Assembly: GCA_031417515.1 (NCBI GenBank)
Contig: JANOVS010000214.1
Coordinates: forward strand, 13,871 to 77,870
Reading direction: 5' to 3'
Origin: Hyphomicrobiales bacterium
GTDB taxonomy: Bacteria; Pseudomonadota; Alphaproteobacteria; Rhizobiales; Aestuariivirgaceae
DNA: 64,000 nt
A program made the position numbers and the translations under genes. Numbering within the stretch: the stretch's first letter is position 1; each line of letters begins with the position of its first letter. The notes beneath the pieces are model-generated. The model had not been told where the DNA came from, ran no database searches, and saw nothing but the letters and a program-made list of their open reading frames with translations. Below are positions 46,471-55,717 of this stretch, piece after piece.

Positions 46471-46606
46471 AGTTGGACGTCCAGCAAAAGAGATGTGAGT
46501 TTGGAACTATTGCCTGAAACAGGCTGAGCCGCAACTTTGATTGCAGGGCGTGCTTGATCTTGCGCCAATCAAATGGCTAGACTGGGAAAAAGCAAAGGGA
46601 GCAATC

Positions 46607-47071
46607 ATGGCAGGCAAAATTCTGGCGGACCTAAAGGCGGCAGGCATCGAACTGCCAGCCGCCGCCATTCCCGTGGCCAACTATGTGCCCGTGGTTCTGA
46701 GTGGCAACCAAGCCTTTGTCTCCGGACAAGTATCCATGTGGAACGGCGAAGTCAGGCATGTCGGTCGCCTCGGCCAAAACGTCAGCATTGAACAAGGGCA
46801 AGACGCCGCAAAACTTTGCGGCCTGAACATCATTGCCCAATTGCAATTGGCTCTCGGCGATCTGGACCGGGTTGTCCGCTGTATCAAGCTCAACGTTTTT
46901 GTGAACTCGACTCCAGATTTTACGGATCAGCCTAAAGTCGGTAATGGTGCATCCAATCTGATGGTGCAGGTTTTCGGTGAAACCGGAAAGCATGCCCGCG
47001 CCGCTGTGGGCGTGGCCCAATTGCCGTTTGGCGTGGCGGTTGAGGTGGATGGTGTGTTCGAGTTTCGCTGA
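46607..47071 (+). CDS. RidA/YjgF family protein
   Basis: 154 aa from the ATG at 46607. It has ...NQAFVSGQ... and the C-terminal ARAAVGVAQLPFGVAVEVDGVFEF. Confidence 0.8.
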   Translation: MAGKILADLKAAGIELPAAAIPVANYVPVVLSGNQAFVSGQVSMWNGEVRHVGRLGQNVSIEQGQDAAKLCGLNIIAQLQLALGDLDRVVRCIKLNVFVNSTPDFTDQPKVGNGASNLMVQVFGETGKHARAAVGVAQLPFGVAVEVDGVFEFR

Positions 47072-47081
47072 GTAAACCAGC

Positions 47082-48368
47082 TCAAATTCTGGCGTCGCGC
47101 AGATCAGCGAAATAAGTGTCACTGCCCAATTGGCCACCCTTCAGCGCGAGTTCAATGCCATTTAATTCGGCATTTGAACTATGGGTCATGCACATGGGTG
47201 AACCAGGTGTTTCCCGGATCGGTCGTCGAAGCGTCAGGGCATGCACATCGAGTTGCAAAACCGCATGGCTGGAACTGTCACCACCAGCAATGATGGCGCG
47301 GCGGATATTGGTTTTCTCCAATAGTTGACGAAGGATTTGGCCAAGACGTTCGCCAATTTTTTGGCGTGCGTCTGGTATCGTATTCAACTCGTGGCCTGCA
47401 TCGCTGGCGCTTCCAAGTGCTGTATGGATGAGCGGGCTTCGTCCCGTGCCGAGTACCATAAGTGCAGAATCAACGCATCGCTGTTGAAGCTGTCCATCAT
47501 CATCGCTGGCCAGTGCCATGGCTGAAACAGGCAGGGCCTCAAAGCCTTGCAATTGTGCTTGCCGGATTTGTCTCTCCGTCGTGGGTGAAACACTGCCAGA
47601 AACCACAATGGTTTGTGCGCAAGGTTGCAAAGGTTCAAAGGCAAGGGTGCGCAACTGTGGATCACTGGCGGCTGCCATGGCTCTTGCCAATGCATATTCA
47701 ACGCCTGAGGATCCGGCGATGAACAGCGATAGATCATGATGCAGTGCCAACAATTTTTGCCCCGCCGACAACTGGCTAGCCATGTCATGCACATCAAGTA
47801 AACCGATGCCGTGATCCGGCCAGCCATCACCTGCCAGCGAAATTGGCATGTTGGTTTGACGGGCCAGATGCAGCCGCAGATCAGCTTCATCCATGGGTGT
47901 CACCGGGTGGCGCGCCATCACAGGATGACGGTCGATGCGGTGCACTTGGCCTTGATAAGCAGCAAACAGATGCCCCGCAAATGTATAGCGCTTGAGTTGC
48001 GGTGCCCCCACCAACAGAGGTATCATCGATTGATTGAAAACCTTTGCCCCAATCTCAATCGCCCGCCCGATATTGCCGACATTTGGGCTGGAATCAAAAG
48101 TTGAACAAACTTTGTAATGATTGAATTTCGAATCCAGCGAACGCAACCATTCAAACAACGGCGGCAAATGTGCATTCATCCATGCAGGTGATTGGCTGCG
48201 GCTGCTGCCCGCCAATCCCACACCGGGAAACTGTGAGAAAGGTGCAAATTCCAGGGCAGTTGGAATGCGCGTAAATAAAACGGTCTCGATGCCATGCAGT
48301 CCCAATGACTCCATGACATCAGTCGAGCCGGTAAAATCATCGCCATAAAAACTGATCAGCCTGGTCAT
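47082..48368 (-). CDS. four-carbon acid-sugar kinase family (DUF1537, OtnK/OiaK-like)
   Basis: The N-terminus is ISFYGDDFTGSTDVMESL, in a 428-aa two-domain layout. Confidence 0.85.
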   Translation of the reverse strand: MTRLISFYGDDFTGSTDVMESLGLHGIETVLFTRIPTALEFAPFSQFPGVGLAGSSRSQSPAWMNAHLPPLFEWLRSLDSKFNHYKVCSTFDSSPNVGNIGRAIEIGAKVFNQSMIPLLVGAPQLKRYTFAGHLFAAYQGQVHRIDRHPVMARHPVTPMDEADLRLHLARQTNMPISLAGDGWPDHGIGLLDVHDMASQLSAGQKLLALHHDLSLFIAGSSGVEYALARAMAAASDPQLRTLAFEPLQPCAQTIVVSGSVSPTTERQIRQAQLQGFEALPVSAMALASDDDGQLQQRCVDSALMVLGTGRSPLIHTALGSASDAGHELNTIPDARQKIGERLGQILRQLLEKTNIRRAIIAGGDSSSHAVLQLDVHALTLRRPIRETPGSPMCMTHSSNAELNGIELALKGGQLGSDTYFADLRDARI

Positions 48369-49630
48369 GCGCCGCTTCCATCTGAAAAATGTGCAATGGA
48401 CTGGGCGAGTTCCGCATGTTGCCTGGCGTATTCCGGCAAGGGCACACCTGCCACTGCAGCTTCCCAGGCTTGCCGCACGGCCTTGACGCCAGCACCAGCG
48501 CCACCCGGATGTGAAACAATCCCGCCACCACAGAGATACATCAAGTCCACACTGCGGCCCGTGCGCTCAAAAGTATCGGGCGCCTGTCCGCCCCACTGTC
48601 CAGAACCGGCAACCGGAAGAGCGCAATCGCGGGGTTCAAACAAGGGCGTTGAAACCGCATGGAATGAGGCGACGAAACTTTCATCAGGCTCCCAATATTT
48701 TACCCGGATGCCGTTGATCTGAAACTGGTCAACTCCCAACAAACGCCAGAATTGCTGCCATACCTTGAAATCCATGCCTAGGCCCGGATGGCGCGTCAGC
48801 ATATCCCAACCATTGCGGTGCGCATGCAACACCAACCCGCTGCGCTTGCGCAAAAACGCCATGGCGCCAAAACCGATGGAATTGATATTGACGACGGCGC
48901 AATTGCCACCGTGTTTCATGACAATGTCATGGTTGCGCATCATCTCATCAGGATCAGTGGCCGAGATGCCCCACGCATACATGATTTTTTTGCCAGTCTT
49001 TTGCTCACGCTCATGAATCATCGGCATGATGGCCTTCACCCGCGCTTCAAGCGGTGAATAAACCGGTGACATCAGCTTTTCATCATCCTTGATAAAATCC
49101 ACATCGGCATCGATCACTTGTTTTACCAACGCCGCAGTCTCAGGCGGGCGCAAACCCAGTGCTGGTTTGATGATCGTGCCAATGATCGGGCGATCATGAA
49201 CCCCCGTCAATTGGCGACTACCAGCTACACCAAATTGCGGGCCAGGCCACGCCTTGCCAAAGGCCGGCGGCAGTTTCATGTCAACCACGCGAATGCCGCT
49301 GAAGCCCTTGATGGCGAATACACCACCAATGGCTATTGTCATTAAAGCAGCCAGATCGGTGCCAATAGCTTCAAATGGAAAAGCGATATCAGCCTCCGCC
49401 CGATTGAACGGACCTGAATCGACCGTCGGAAATGATGGTATCGCTGCAGCAGTTAAACTGCGCATGGCCATCACCCGGGCAGCGACACGATTTTTCAATT
49501 CCTCGGTTTCGCCGGGCACGGCCACAAAGGTTCCCGTCGATTGATCACTGGCAATTTTTTCAGCCAGTTTCTCCGGACTTCCCGGCGTTTCGATGAGATA
49601 GGTGAGGATTATTTGGCTATCATATGACAT
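48365..49630 (-). CDS. RuBisCO-like protein (form IV large-subunit homolog)
   Basis: 421 aa from the ATG at 49630. It has DVDFIKDDE (equivalent of the carbamylated-Lys motif), HAHRNG, and a C-terminal GGGIVSHPGG. No small-subunit or cbb genes are nearby. Confidence 0.85.
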   Translation of the reverse strand: MSYDSQIILTYLIETPGSPEKLAEKIASDQSTGTFVAVPGETEELKNRVAARVMAMRSLTAAAIPSFPTVDSGPFNRAEADIAFPFEAIGTDLAALMTIAIGGVFAIKGFSGIRVVDMKLPPAFGKAWPGPQFGVAGSRQLTGVHDRPIIGTIIKPALGLRPPETAALVKQVIDADVDFIKDDEKLMSPVYSPLEARVKAIMPMIHEREQKTGKKIMYAWGISATDPDEMMRNHDIVMKHGGNCAVVNINSIGFGAMAFLRKRSGLVLHAHRNGWDMLTRHPGLGMDFKVWQQFWRLLGVDQFQINGIRVKYWEPDESFVASFHAVSTPLFEPRDCALPVAGSGQWGGQAPDTFERTGRSVDLMYLCGGGIVSHPGGAGAGVKAVRQAWEAAVAGVPLPEYARQHAELAQSIAHFSDGSGA

Positions 49631-49634
49631 CGAA

Positions 49635-50672
49635 TTAACCCAGCAATTCTTCAAGAAAAACCGTGCGGCTTTCCGCAGCGGATTGATACACGGCTTCAAC
49701 AAGCGCAAAGGTTTTCAGATTGTCGCGGCCCGATGTTTCAGGTTGGCGACCCTGCAACAGGCAATCCACCCAATGCTGCTGGATCAATGAAACACTTTCT
49801 TGAATGTTATGCCAAGGCTTTGAGGCCCAAGACAAGACGGGCGGCGACACATCAGTCTTCGCCGTTGCACCTTTTCGTGTGACGTTGAGTTGATAGCCGG
49901 CACCTAGTCGAAGTGAACCAAGACTGCCATCAATCTCGATCAGCGTTTGCGGAAATAACTCATTCTCCAACTGCGTGGCATAAGAACAATCCACGATGGA
50001 AGCCACACCTTGTCCGTGATCAAGCAAGATGGTGGCAACATCTTCACCCTTGATTTGGGGGTTCACTCGTTTGATCCGTGCACTGACGTTTAAGGCATCT
50101 CCGAGGAGAAAACGCGCCACATCCAGTGCATGAATGCCGAGATCTTCAACAATAAACCGCTTGCCCTCGGCAAGATAGGGTTGGCCTGGAAACACATCAT
50201 AAGCCGAGCGGAAAGAAACCCGACCCCAAAACACCTCGCCTATCACACCTGACGAAATCACTTTTTTGACCGCTTGAATGGGCGATTGCCAACGGAAATT
50301 CTCGTGCACCATCATGCGAACGGAAGCCTTCTCACAGGCCACCACCATGGCCTTGGCATCAGACAAAGTTGGAGCTATCGGCTTTTGACAAATCACATGC
50401 ACACCGTGCCGCGCCGCCAATTCCACCAAGGCCCGGTGACTGGGTGCTGTTGTGGCAATGTCAACAAAATCCAGCTTTTCAGCCGCCAACATTTCATCAG
50501 CATCGGCATAGCGCTGCGCAATGGAAAACTGCTCACCGACAGCCGAAAGACGATCTGCATTCTGATCGCAAATAGCCACAATTTCGGCACCCCTGGCATC
50601 CCGCCAGCCATGCAGATGGTTGATGGAGAAAAACCCGCAACCAATCAAACCACCTCGCAATTTTCGAGACAT
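49635..50672 (-). CDS. Gfo/Idh/MocA family oxidoreductase
   Basis: 345 aa from the ATG at 50672. It has LRGGLIGCGFFSINHLHGW and ICQKP. It lies 4 nt upstream of the RLP gene. Confidence 0.85.
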   Translation of the reverse strand: MSRKLRGGLIGCGFFSINHLHGWRDARGAEIVAICDQNADRLSAVGEQFSIAQRYADADEMLAAEKLDFVDIATTAPSHRALVELAARHGVHVICQKPIAPTLSDAKAMVVACEKASVRMMVHENFRWQSPIQAVKKVISSGVIGEVFWGRVSFRSAYDVFPGQPYLAEGKRFIVEDLGIHALDVARFLLGDALNVSARIKRVNPQIKGEDVATILLDHGQGVASIVDCSYATQLENELFPQTLIEIDGSLGSLRLGAGYQLNVTRKGATAKTDVSPPVLSWASKPWHNIQESVSLIQQHWVDCLLQGRQPETSGRDNLKTFALVEAVYQSAAESRTVFLEELLG

Positions 50673-50949
50673 GTTAAATTCCACCATTATTTCGACAATC
50701 AAGGAATAGCTTTTTGCACGAAAATGGGAAGCGGATTTGGCAGAAGTTTATTGCTCAGCAAGCCCCCGGCCATATGCCGAGGCGGTTCATTATTACAATG
50801 ATAGTCATTGTGAGCGAAAATACATATTGAAGTGAATATCTTGGCAAACCCATGCTTATGGTAATTAAAGCGATCTGATTTGACTTTTGCGTCATAGCGC
50901 CTACATTGTCATACAGTAGCATATTCCCAAACTTTGGAAGATAAATACG

Positions 50950-51237
50950 ATGACCAGTGCGCGATTTTCACTTCGACTTGAACCAGAGCTCAAGGTTTGG
51001 CTTGAAATTGAAGCCAAGCGCCAGAAGCGTTCAGCAGGTTTCCTTGCGACCGAAGCCCTTCAGCATTTGAGGGAAACAACTGAGGCAAAACGCCAACTCA
51101 TTCGTGATGCTGCCCGCGAAGCAGAAAAAGGCGTCTTTGTTTCACAAGAGGCCGTGCATGTTTGGATGGATTCTTGGGATGCTGAAAATGAATTGCCGAT
51201 TCCTGAGCCTGACGTTTTTCTCAAAACCCGTGCCTAA
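50950..51237 (+). CDS. ribbon-helix-helix (CopG/ParD-like) antitoxin
   Basis: 95 aa. The N-terminal RHH is ARFSLRLEPELKVWLEIEAKRQKRSAGFLATEAL. Its stop overlaps the toxin start. Confidence 0.7.
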   Translation: MTSARFSLRLEPELKVWLEIEAKRQKRSAGFLATEALQHLRETTEAKRQLIRDAAREAEKGVFVSQEAVHVWMDSWDAENELPIPEPDVFLKTRA

Positions 51238-51533
51238 TGAAGATCATCTACCTCCACGAAGCACTCAAAGACATGCAATGGGTGCGACACTATTACCGCA
51301 ATGTGTTTCCAGCAGGTCAAGGCAATGCGCGAGAAAGCCTTAAAACTGCCGAGAGCACTGTTTCCCGGCATCCCTTCATTGGCCGGCCTTGCGAAGAGAT
51401 CGAGACAGGCCGCGAGTACAGGATCGGGCGCACACCTTTTTCATTTTTGTACCAAGTCTTCGACGACCGCATTGAAATACTCCGCGTCATCGACAACCGC
51501 TCAGACTGGATGACGAAGCGATTGGGTGGCTAA
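51237..51533 (+). CDS. ParE/RelE-superfamily toxin
   Basis: 98 aa. The segment ...PFIGRPCEEIETGREYRIGRTPFSFLYQVFDDRIEILRVIDNRSDW is a typical ParE C-terminal pattern. Confidence 0.75.
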   Translation: MKIIYLHEALKDMQWVRHYYRNVFPAGQGNARESLKTAESTVSRHPFIGRPCEEIETGREYRIGRTPFSFLYQVFDDRIEILRVIDNRSDWMTKRLGG

Positions 51534-51604
51534 GTTCAACTTTCTCCCATAGCTGTTCGCATATTTCATTCGATAATCACTTGGATTGTCTCTAAGCGGT
51601 CGTC

Positions 51605-52720
51605 ATGACCACACCCAATGATTTTGAAATTTTTCTTGTAGCAACGCCAGGGCTGGAGCCTGAACTTCTGGCGGAAACCCAAAGTCTCAATTTCCGAAAT
51701 GCAAAAATCATCCCCGGTGGCATAGAATTTTCGGGCAAGTGGCCTGAAGTCTGGCGGGCCAGTTTGCAAATCCGTGGTGCCAGCCGAATCCTTGCCCGCA
51801 TCGGTTCATTCCGCGCCATGCACCTTGCACAGCTTGACAAGCGGGCCCGCAAATTTCCATGGGCTGATATTTTGCGAAAAGATGTTCCAGTCCGGGTCGA
51901 ATTCACTTGCAAGAAATCCCGAATTTATCATGCAGGGGCCGCAGCAGAGCGGGTTGAAACCGCCATCCGCGAGGAATTTGGTGCTCCCATTGAGCATGAT
52001 GCTGATCTGTGCATCAAGGCCCGCATTGAAGATGATCTCTGCACCTTCAGCATTGATACCTCAGGCGAAGGTCTCCACAAGCGCGGCTTCAAGGAAGCCA
52101 TTGCCAAGGCCCCCATGCGCGAAACCCTGGCCTCGTTGTTTCTGCGCCGCTGTGGCTATCAGGGACTTGAACCTGTCTTGGACCCGATGTGTGGCTCCGG
52201 CACATTTGTGATCGAAGCGGCGGAAATTGCAGCCGGATTGATGCCGGGTCGCGGGCGGCATTTTGCTTTTGAGCAACTGGCCAATTTTGATGAGGCGAAG
52301 TGGCGAACCATGTCAGCAGCAACACCGTCGTCAACGCCACCCTTCATGTTCCACGGCAGTGACCGCGATGCAGGCGCCATCAAGGCCAGCCTTGCCAATG
52401 CCGAGCGGGCAGGGGTTTCAGCCTTCACGGATTTTCAAAGGAAGACCATCAGTGAACTTGCGGCCCCAGAAGGCCCGCCCGGATTGGTTATCGTCAATCC
52501 ACCTTTCGGCACGCGCATTGGCGATAAAAAGCCGTTGCATGCGCTTTATGGTGCATTGGGAAATACGCTTAGAACCAAGTTTGCGGGTTGGCGGGTAGGA
52601 CTGGTGACAACCGAACCAGCCCTTGCCAAATCAACCGGCCTGCCGTTTCACGATCCCGGTCGCAGCATTTCCCATGGCGGTTTGAAAGTGCTGTTGTTTC
52701 AAACCTCAAAACTGCCATAA
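51605..52720 (+). CDS. THUMP-domain class I SAM-dependent RNA methyltransferase (RlmL/UPF0020-like)
   Basis: SAM motif I is DPMCGSGTFVIEAA and motif IV is VNPPFG, with an N-terminal THUMP-like region. Confidence 0.8.
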   Translation: MTTPNDFEIFLVATPGLEPELLAETQSLNFRNAKIIPGGIEFSGKWPEVWRASLQIRGASRILARIGSFRAMHLAQLDKRARKFPWADILRKDVPVRVEFTCKKSRIYHAGAAAERVETAIREEFGAPIEHDADLCIKARIEDDLCTFSIDTSGEGLHKRGFKEAIAKAPMRETLASLFLRRCGYQGLEPVLDPMCGSGTFVIEAAEIAAGLMPGRGRHFAFEQLANFDEAKWRTMSAATPSSTPPFMFHGSDRDAGAIKASLANAERAGVSAFTDFQRKTISELAAPEGPPGLVIVNPPFGTRIGDKKPLHALYGALGNTLRTKFAGWRVGLVTTEPALAKSTGLPFHDPGRSISHGGLKVLLFQTSKLP

Positions 52721-52752
52721 GCCAAGCAAGTGAAAAACCGGAGGAACACACC

Positions 52753-53745
52753 ATGACATTCAAAGCACTGCTTGTTGAAAAAGCTGCCGACGGAAAAACC
52801 TCGGCGCACGTCCGCGCAGTTTCCACCGACCAATTGCCGCCGGGCAATGTGCTGGTTGATGTTGAATACTCAACGCTCAACTACAAGGATGGCCTTTGCT
52901 TGGGAGCAGGAGGTGGATTGGTGCGCACCTATCCCCATGTGCCGGGGATAGATTTTTCGGGCACCGTGAATTCATCCGAGGATCCGCGATATAAGCAGGG
53001 TGACAAGGTCATCCTTACCGGCTGGCGTGTCGGTGAATCCCATTGGGGTGGCTATGCCGAGAAAGCCCGGGTCAACGCCGATTGGCTGGTGCCTTTGCCC
53101 GCTGGACTTACCACAAGGCTGGCCATGGCCATTGGCACGGCGGGTCTCACATCGATGTTCGCCATCCAATCGCTGGAGCGCCACGGCTTGAAACCGGGCA
53201 GTGGTCCAGTGCTGGTGACCGGGGCTTCCGGCGGTGTTGGTTCAGTTGCCGTCGCCTTGCTGGCTGCGGCTGGCTATGAAGTGGCGGCAGTCACCGGGCG
53301 GCCGGAAACCGCTGACTATTTGAAGTCACTGGGTGCCAACCAGATCATCGCCCGCGAGTCAATTGCAGAAACTGTCAAGCGTCCACTTGAAGCTGAAAAT
53401 TGGGCGGGCTGTATCGATGCTGTCGGGGGTGCCATGTTGGCGCGGGTTTTGGGACAAATGAAATATGGCACAAGTGTTGCCGCCGTTGGATTGGCCGCCG
53501 GTGCCGCCCTGCCTGCATCCGTCATTCCGTTTCTGCTGCGCGGCATCAACATTCTCGGCATTGATAGCGTGATGCGGCCTTATGACGACCGCGTTCAAGC
53601 TTGGAAAAAACTGGCTGAATTGTTGCCGCTTGATAAACTGGAAGCCATGATTGTGCCCGCAACATTGGCTGATCTGACAAAACTGGGCGAAGAAATTTTG
53701 CAAGGCCAGGTGCGTGGCCGCGTCGTTGTGGATGTCCGGGCCTAA
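52753..53745 (+). CDS. MDR-family oxidoreductase, YhdH/AcuI (acrylyl-CoA reductase)-like
   Basis: ATG at 52753 follows GGAGGA. It has VLVDVEYSTLNYKDGL, VPGIDFSGTV and VLVTGASGGVGS. Confidence 0.8.
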   Translation: MTFKALLVEKAADGKTSAHVRAVSTDQLPPGNVLVDVEYSTLNYKDGLCLGAGGGLVRTYPHVPGIDFSGTVNSSEDPRYKQGDKVILTGWRVGESHWGGYAEKARVNADWLVPLPAGLTTRLAMAIGTAGLTSMFAIQSLERHGLKPGSGPVLVTGASGGVGSVAVALLAAAGYEVAAVTGRPETADYLKSLGANQIIARESIAETVKRPLEAENWAGCIDAVGGAMLARVLGQMKYGTSVAAVGLAAGAALPASVIPFLLRGINILGIDSVMRPYDDRVQAWKKLAELLPLDKLEAMIVPATLADLTKLGEEILQGQVRGRVVVDVRA

Positions 53746-54731
53746 AGTATTCGGCGCAACACAATCGGCAAGGCAATCGCCACAATCAGCAGGCAGCCGA
53801 TGGTGACGCTGATGACAATGCCCGGCACATTGATCAGTGAGAGCGCCAGCGTGGCAAAGCCCAGCACAAACACCGCCAGCACCACGCCGCCAATCGTGCC
53901 CGTGCCGCCGGAAATCGAAACGCCGCCTAAGATCACCATGGTGATGATTTCAAGTTCCCAACCCAAGGCAATGTTGGGCCGTGTTGAACCAATGCGCGAG
54001 GTCAACAAAAAAGCTGCAAGTCCGGCCATCAGGCCCGTCAAAACAAACAACATCAGCTTCATGCGGTCAACGCGGATGCCGGAAAACTGTGCGGCCACCG
54101 GATTGTTGCCAATCGCATAAATCTTGCGTCCGGTTGCGGTTTGCGAAAGGAAAATCCCAAAAGCCAGCGCCAACAGCAAAAACAGGGCGAAAGAATAGGC
54201 CATGGGCGGCCACTTCAACAGATAGCCTTGGCCAATCGTAGAAAAACCGGCGGGATAAGTGGTGACCGCCTGATCGCCCAGCACGACTTGCGCGATGCCG
54301 CGAAACAGCGACATGGTGCCGATTGTCACGACGATGGAAGGCAGCCCCAAGCGGGTTACCAGCAAACCGTTGAAAAAACCGCACATCGCCCCCACGGCAA
54401 TGCCTATGAAAGCCAGCGGCACCGGGCCAAAACCCAAACCCGCACAAAGCCCCATGGCGAGGGAAGACAATGAAATAATTGCTGCCACCGACAGGTCAAT
54501 CTCGCGGGTCAGTATCAACAGCGCCATGGGCAAGGCAATGATGGCTTTTTCAGAAAAATTGAAAGTCGCATCCGACAAGGTCCAGATGTCAAGAAAGTAA
54601 GGCGAAATCCATGTGCCCACCGCGAGGACTGCAAGCAACAGCAATGCCAGAATGAATTCCCAGCGCAACAGAATGTCGCTCCAGCGGAAAGCCGCTTTGT
54701 CCAGAACCTCATAACGCGGTGCCGTGCTCAT
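53742..54731 (-). CDS. sugar ABC transporter permease (RhaQ/RbsC-like)
   Basis: 329 aa from the ATG at 54731 (ATGA overlap with the upstream permease gene). It is polytopic and has the branched-chain/ribose-type permease pattern. Confidence 0.9.
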   Translation of the reverse strand: MSTAPRYEVLDKAAFRWSDILLRWEFILALLLLAVLAVGTWISPYFLDIWTLSDATFNFSEKAIIALPMALLILTREIDLSVAAIISLSSLAMGLCAGLGFGPVPLAFIGIAVGAMCGFFNGLLVTRLGLPSIVVTIGTMSLFRGIAQVVLGDQAVTTYPAGFSTIGQGYLLKWPPMAYSFALFLLLALAFGIFLSQTATGRKIYAIGNNPVAAQFSGIRVDRMKLMLFVLTGLMAGLAAFLLTSRIGSTRPNIALGWELEIITMVILGGVSISGGTGTIGGVVLAVFVLGFATLALSLINVPGIVISVTIGCLLIVAIALPIVLRRIL

Positions 54732-55717
54732 GCAATGCCTCCAGCATTTTTCCGGGCTTCTGGCAGGATCAGTTTGCCCGCCCGCTTTTCGCTTCGTGCA
54801 TTGACGATCACCGCAGCCAGAATCACGGCACCCGAAATCGCCATCTGCCAGAACGGTGAAACATTGATGACCGGCAGGGCATTCACCACAACACCGAGAA
54901 ACAACGCACCAAGCAGTGCTCCCGCAACGCTTCCCAACCCGCCGGCAATCGACACCCCGCCAATCACACAAGCCGCAATGATGGTGAGTTCAAAGCCATT
55001 GGCAATATCCACATAGGCGATACCATAGCGCGATACCCACAGTGCACCACACAGGCCCGACACCGCGCCAGCCAAACCATAGACAAGCAACAGGTGGCGC
55101 GGAATATTGATGCCGCAAAACCGCGCCGCGACAGGATTGCCGCCAATGGCGTAGAGTGATCGTCCGACAGCACTGTGGTTCAGAAACAAATAGAATGCAC
55201 CACTGACCAACAGCGCAAACCAGACCAGAATGTGAATGCCAAGCAAGGTTGTTTTGGGAAAAGCCACGAAGGCGGGAGACATGTCATCCGAAGTCAGCCA
55301 TGCCCCGCCCGCGATGACAAAAATCATCCCGCGATAAATCGCCAATGTGCCGAGGGTGACAACGATAGGCGGAATATTGAGATAGGCTACCAACCCTCCG
55401 TTAACCAGCCCGAGACCAGCGCCAACGACGATCGACAACAGCAGCACAAATGGCATGGGAACCCCTGGAAAAGCCGCCGCAAACAGGGCTGCGACCATGC
55501 CCGTCAAAGCCAGATTGGAAGCCACGGAAAGATCAATGCCCCGCGTCAGGATAATGGCCATCTGCGCGAGGGCCAACATGAACAAAAACGATGTATCAAC
55601 AAGCATGGCATAAAGACTGTCAATGCCGAGGAATACCGGAGCACGAATGCCAACTGCTATGGCCAATGCCAACACGATCAGCGCCAATGCAGCTTCGCGG
55701 GAGCGCAGAAATTTCAT
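54728..55717 (-). CDS. sugar ABC transporter permease (RhaP/RbsC-like)
   Basis: 329 aa polytopic protein. It overlaps the ATPase gene end by 4 nt. Confidence 0.9.
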   Translation of the reverse strand: MKFLRSREAALALIVLALAIAVGIRAPVFLGIDSLYAMLVDTSFLFMLALAQMAIILTRGIDLSVASNLALTGMVAALFAAAFPGVPMPFVLLLSIVVGAGLGLVNGGLVAYLNIPPIVVTLGTLAIYRGMIFVIAGGAWLTSDDMSPAFVAFPKTTLLGIHILVWFALLVSGAFYLFLNHSAVGRSLYAIGGNPVAARFCGINIPRHLLLVYGLAGAVSGLCGALWVSRYGIAYVDIANGFELTIIAACVIGGVSIAGGLGSVAGALLGALFLGVVVNALPVINVSPFWQMAISGAVILAAVIVNARSEKRAGKLILPEARKNAGGIA

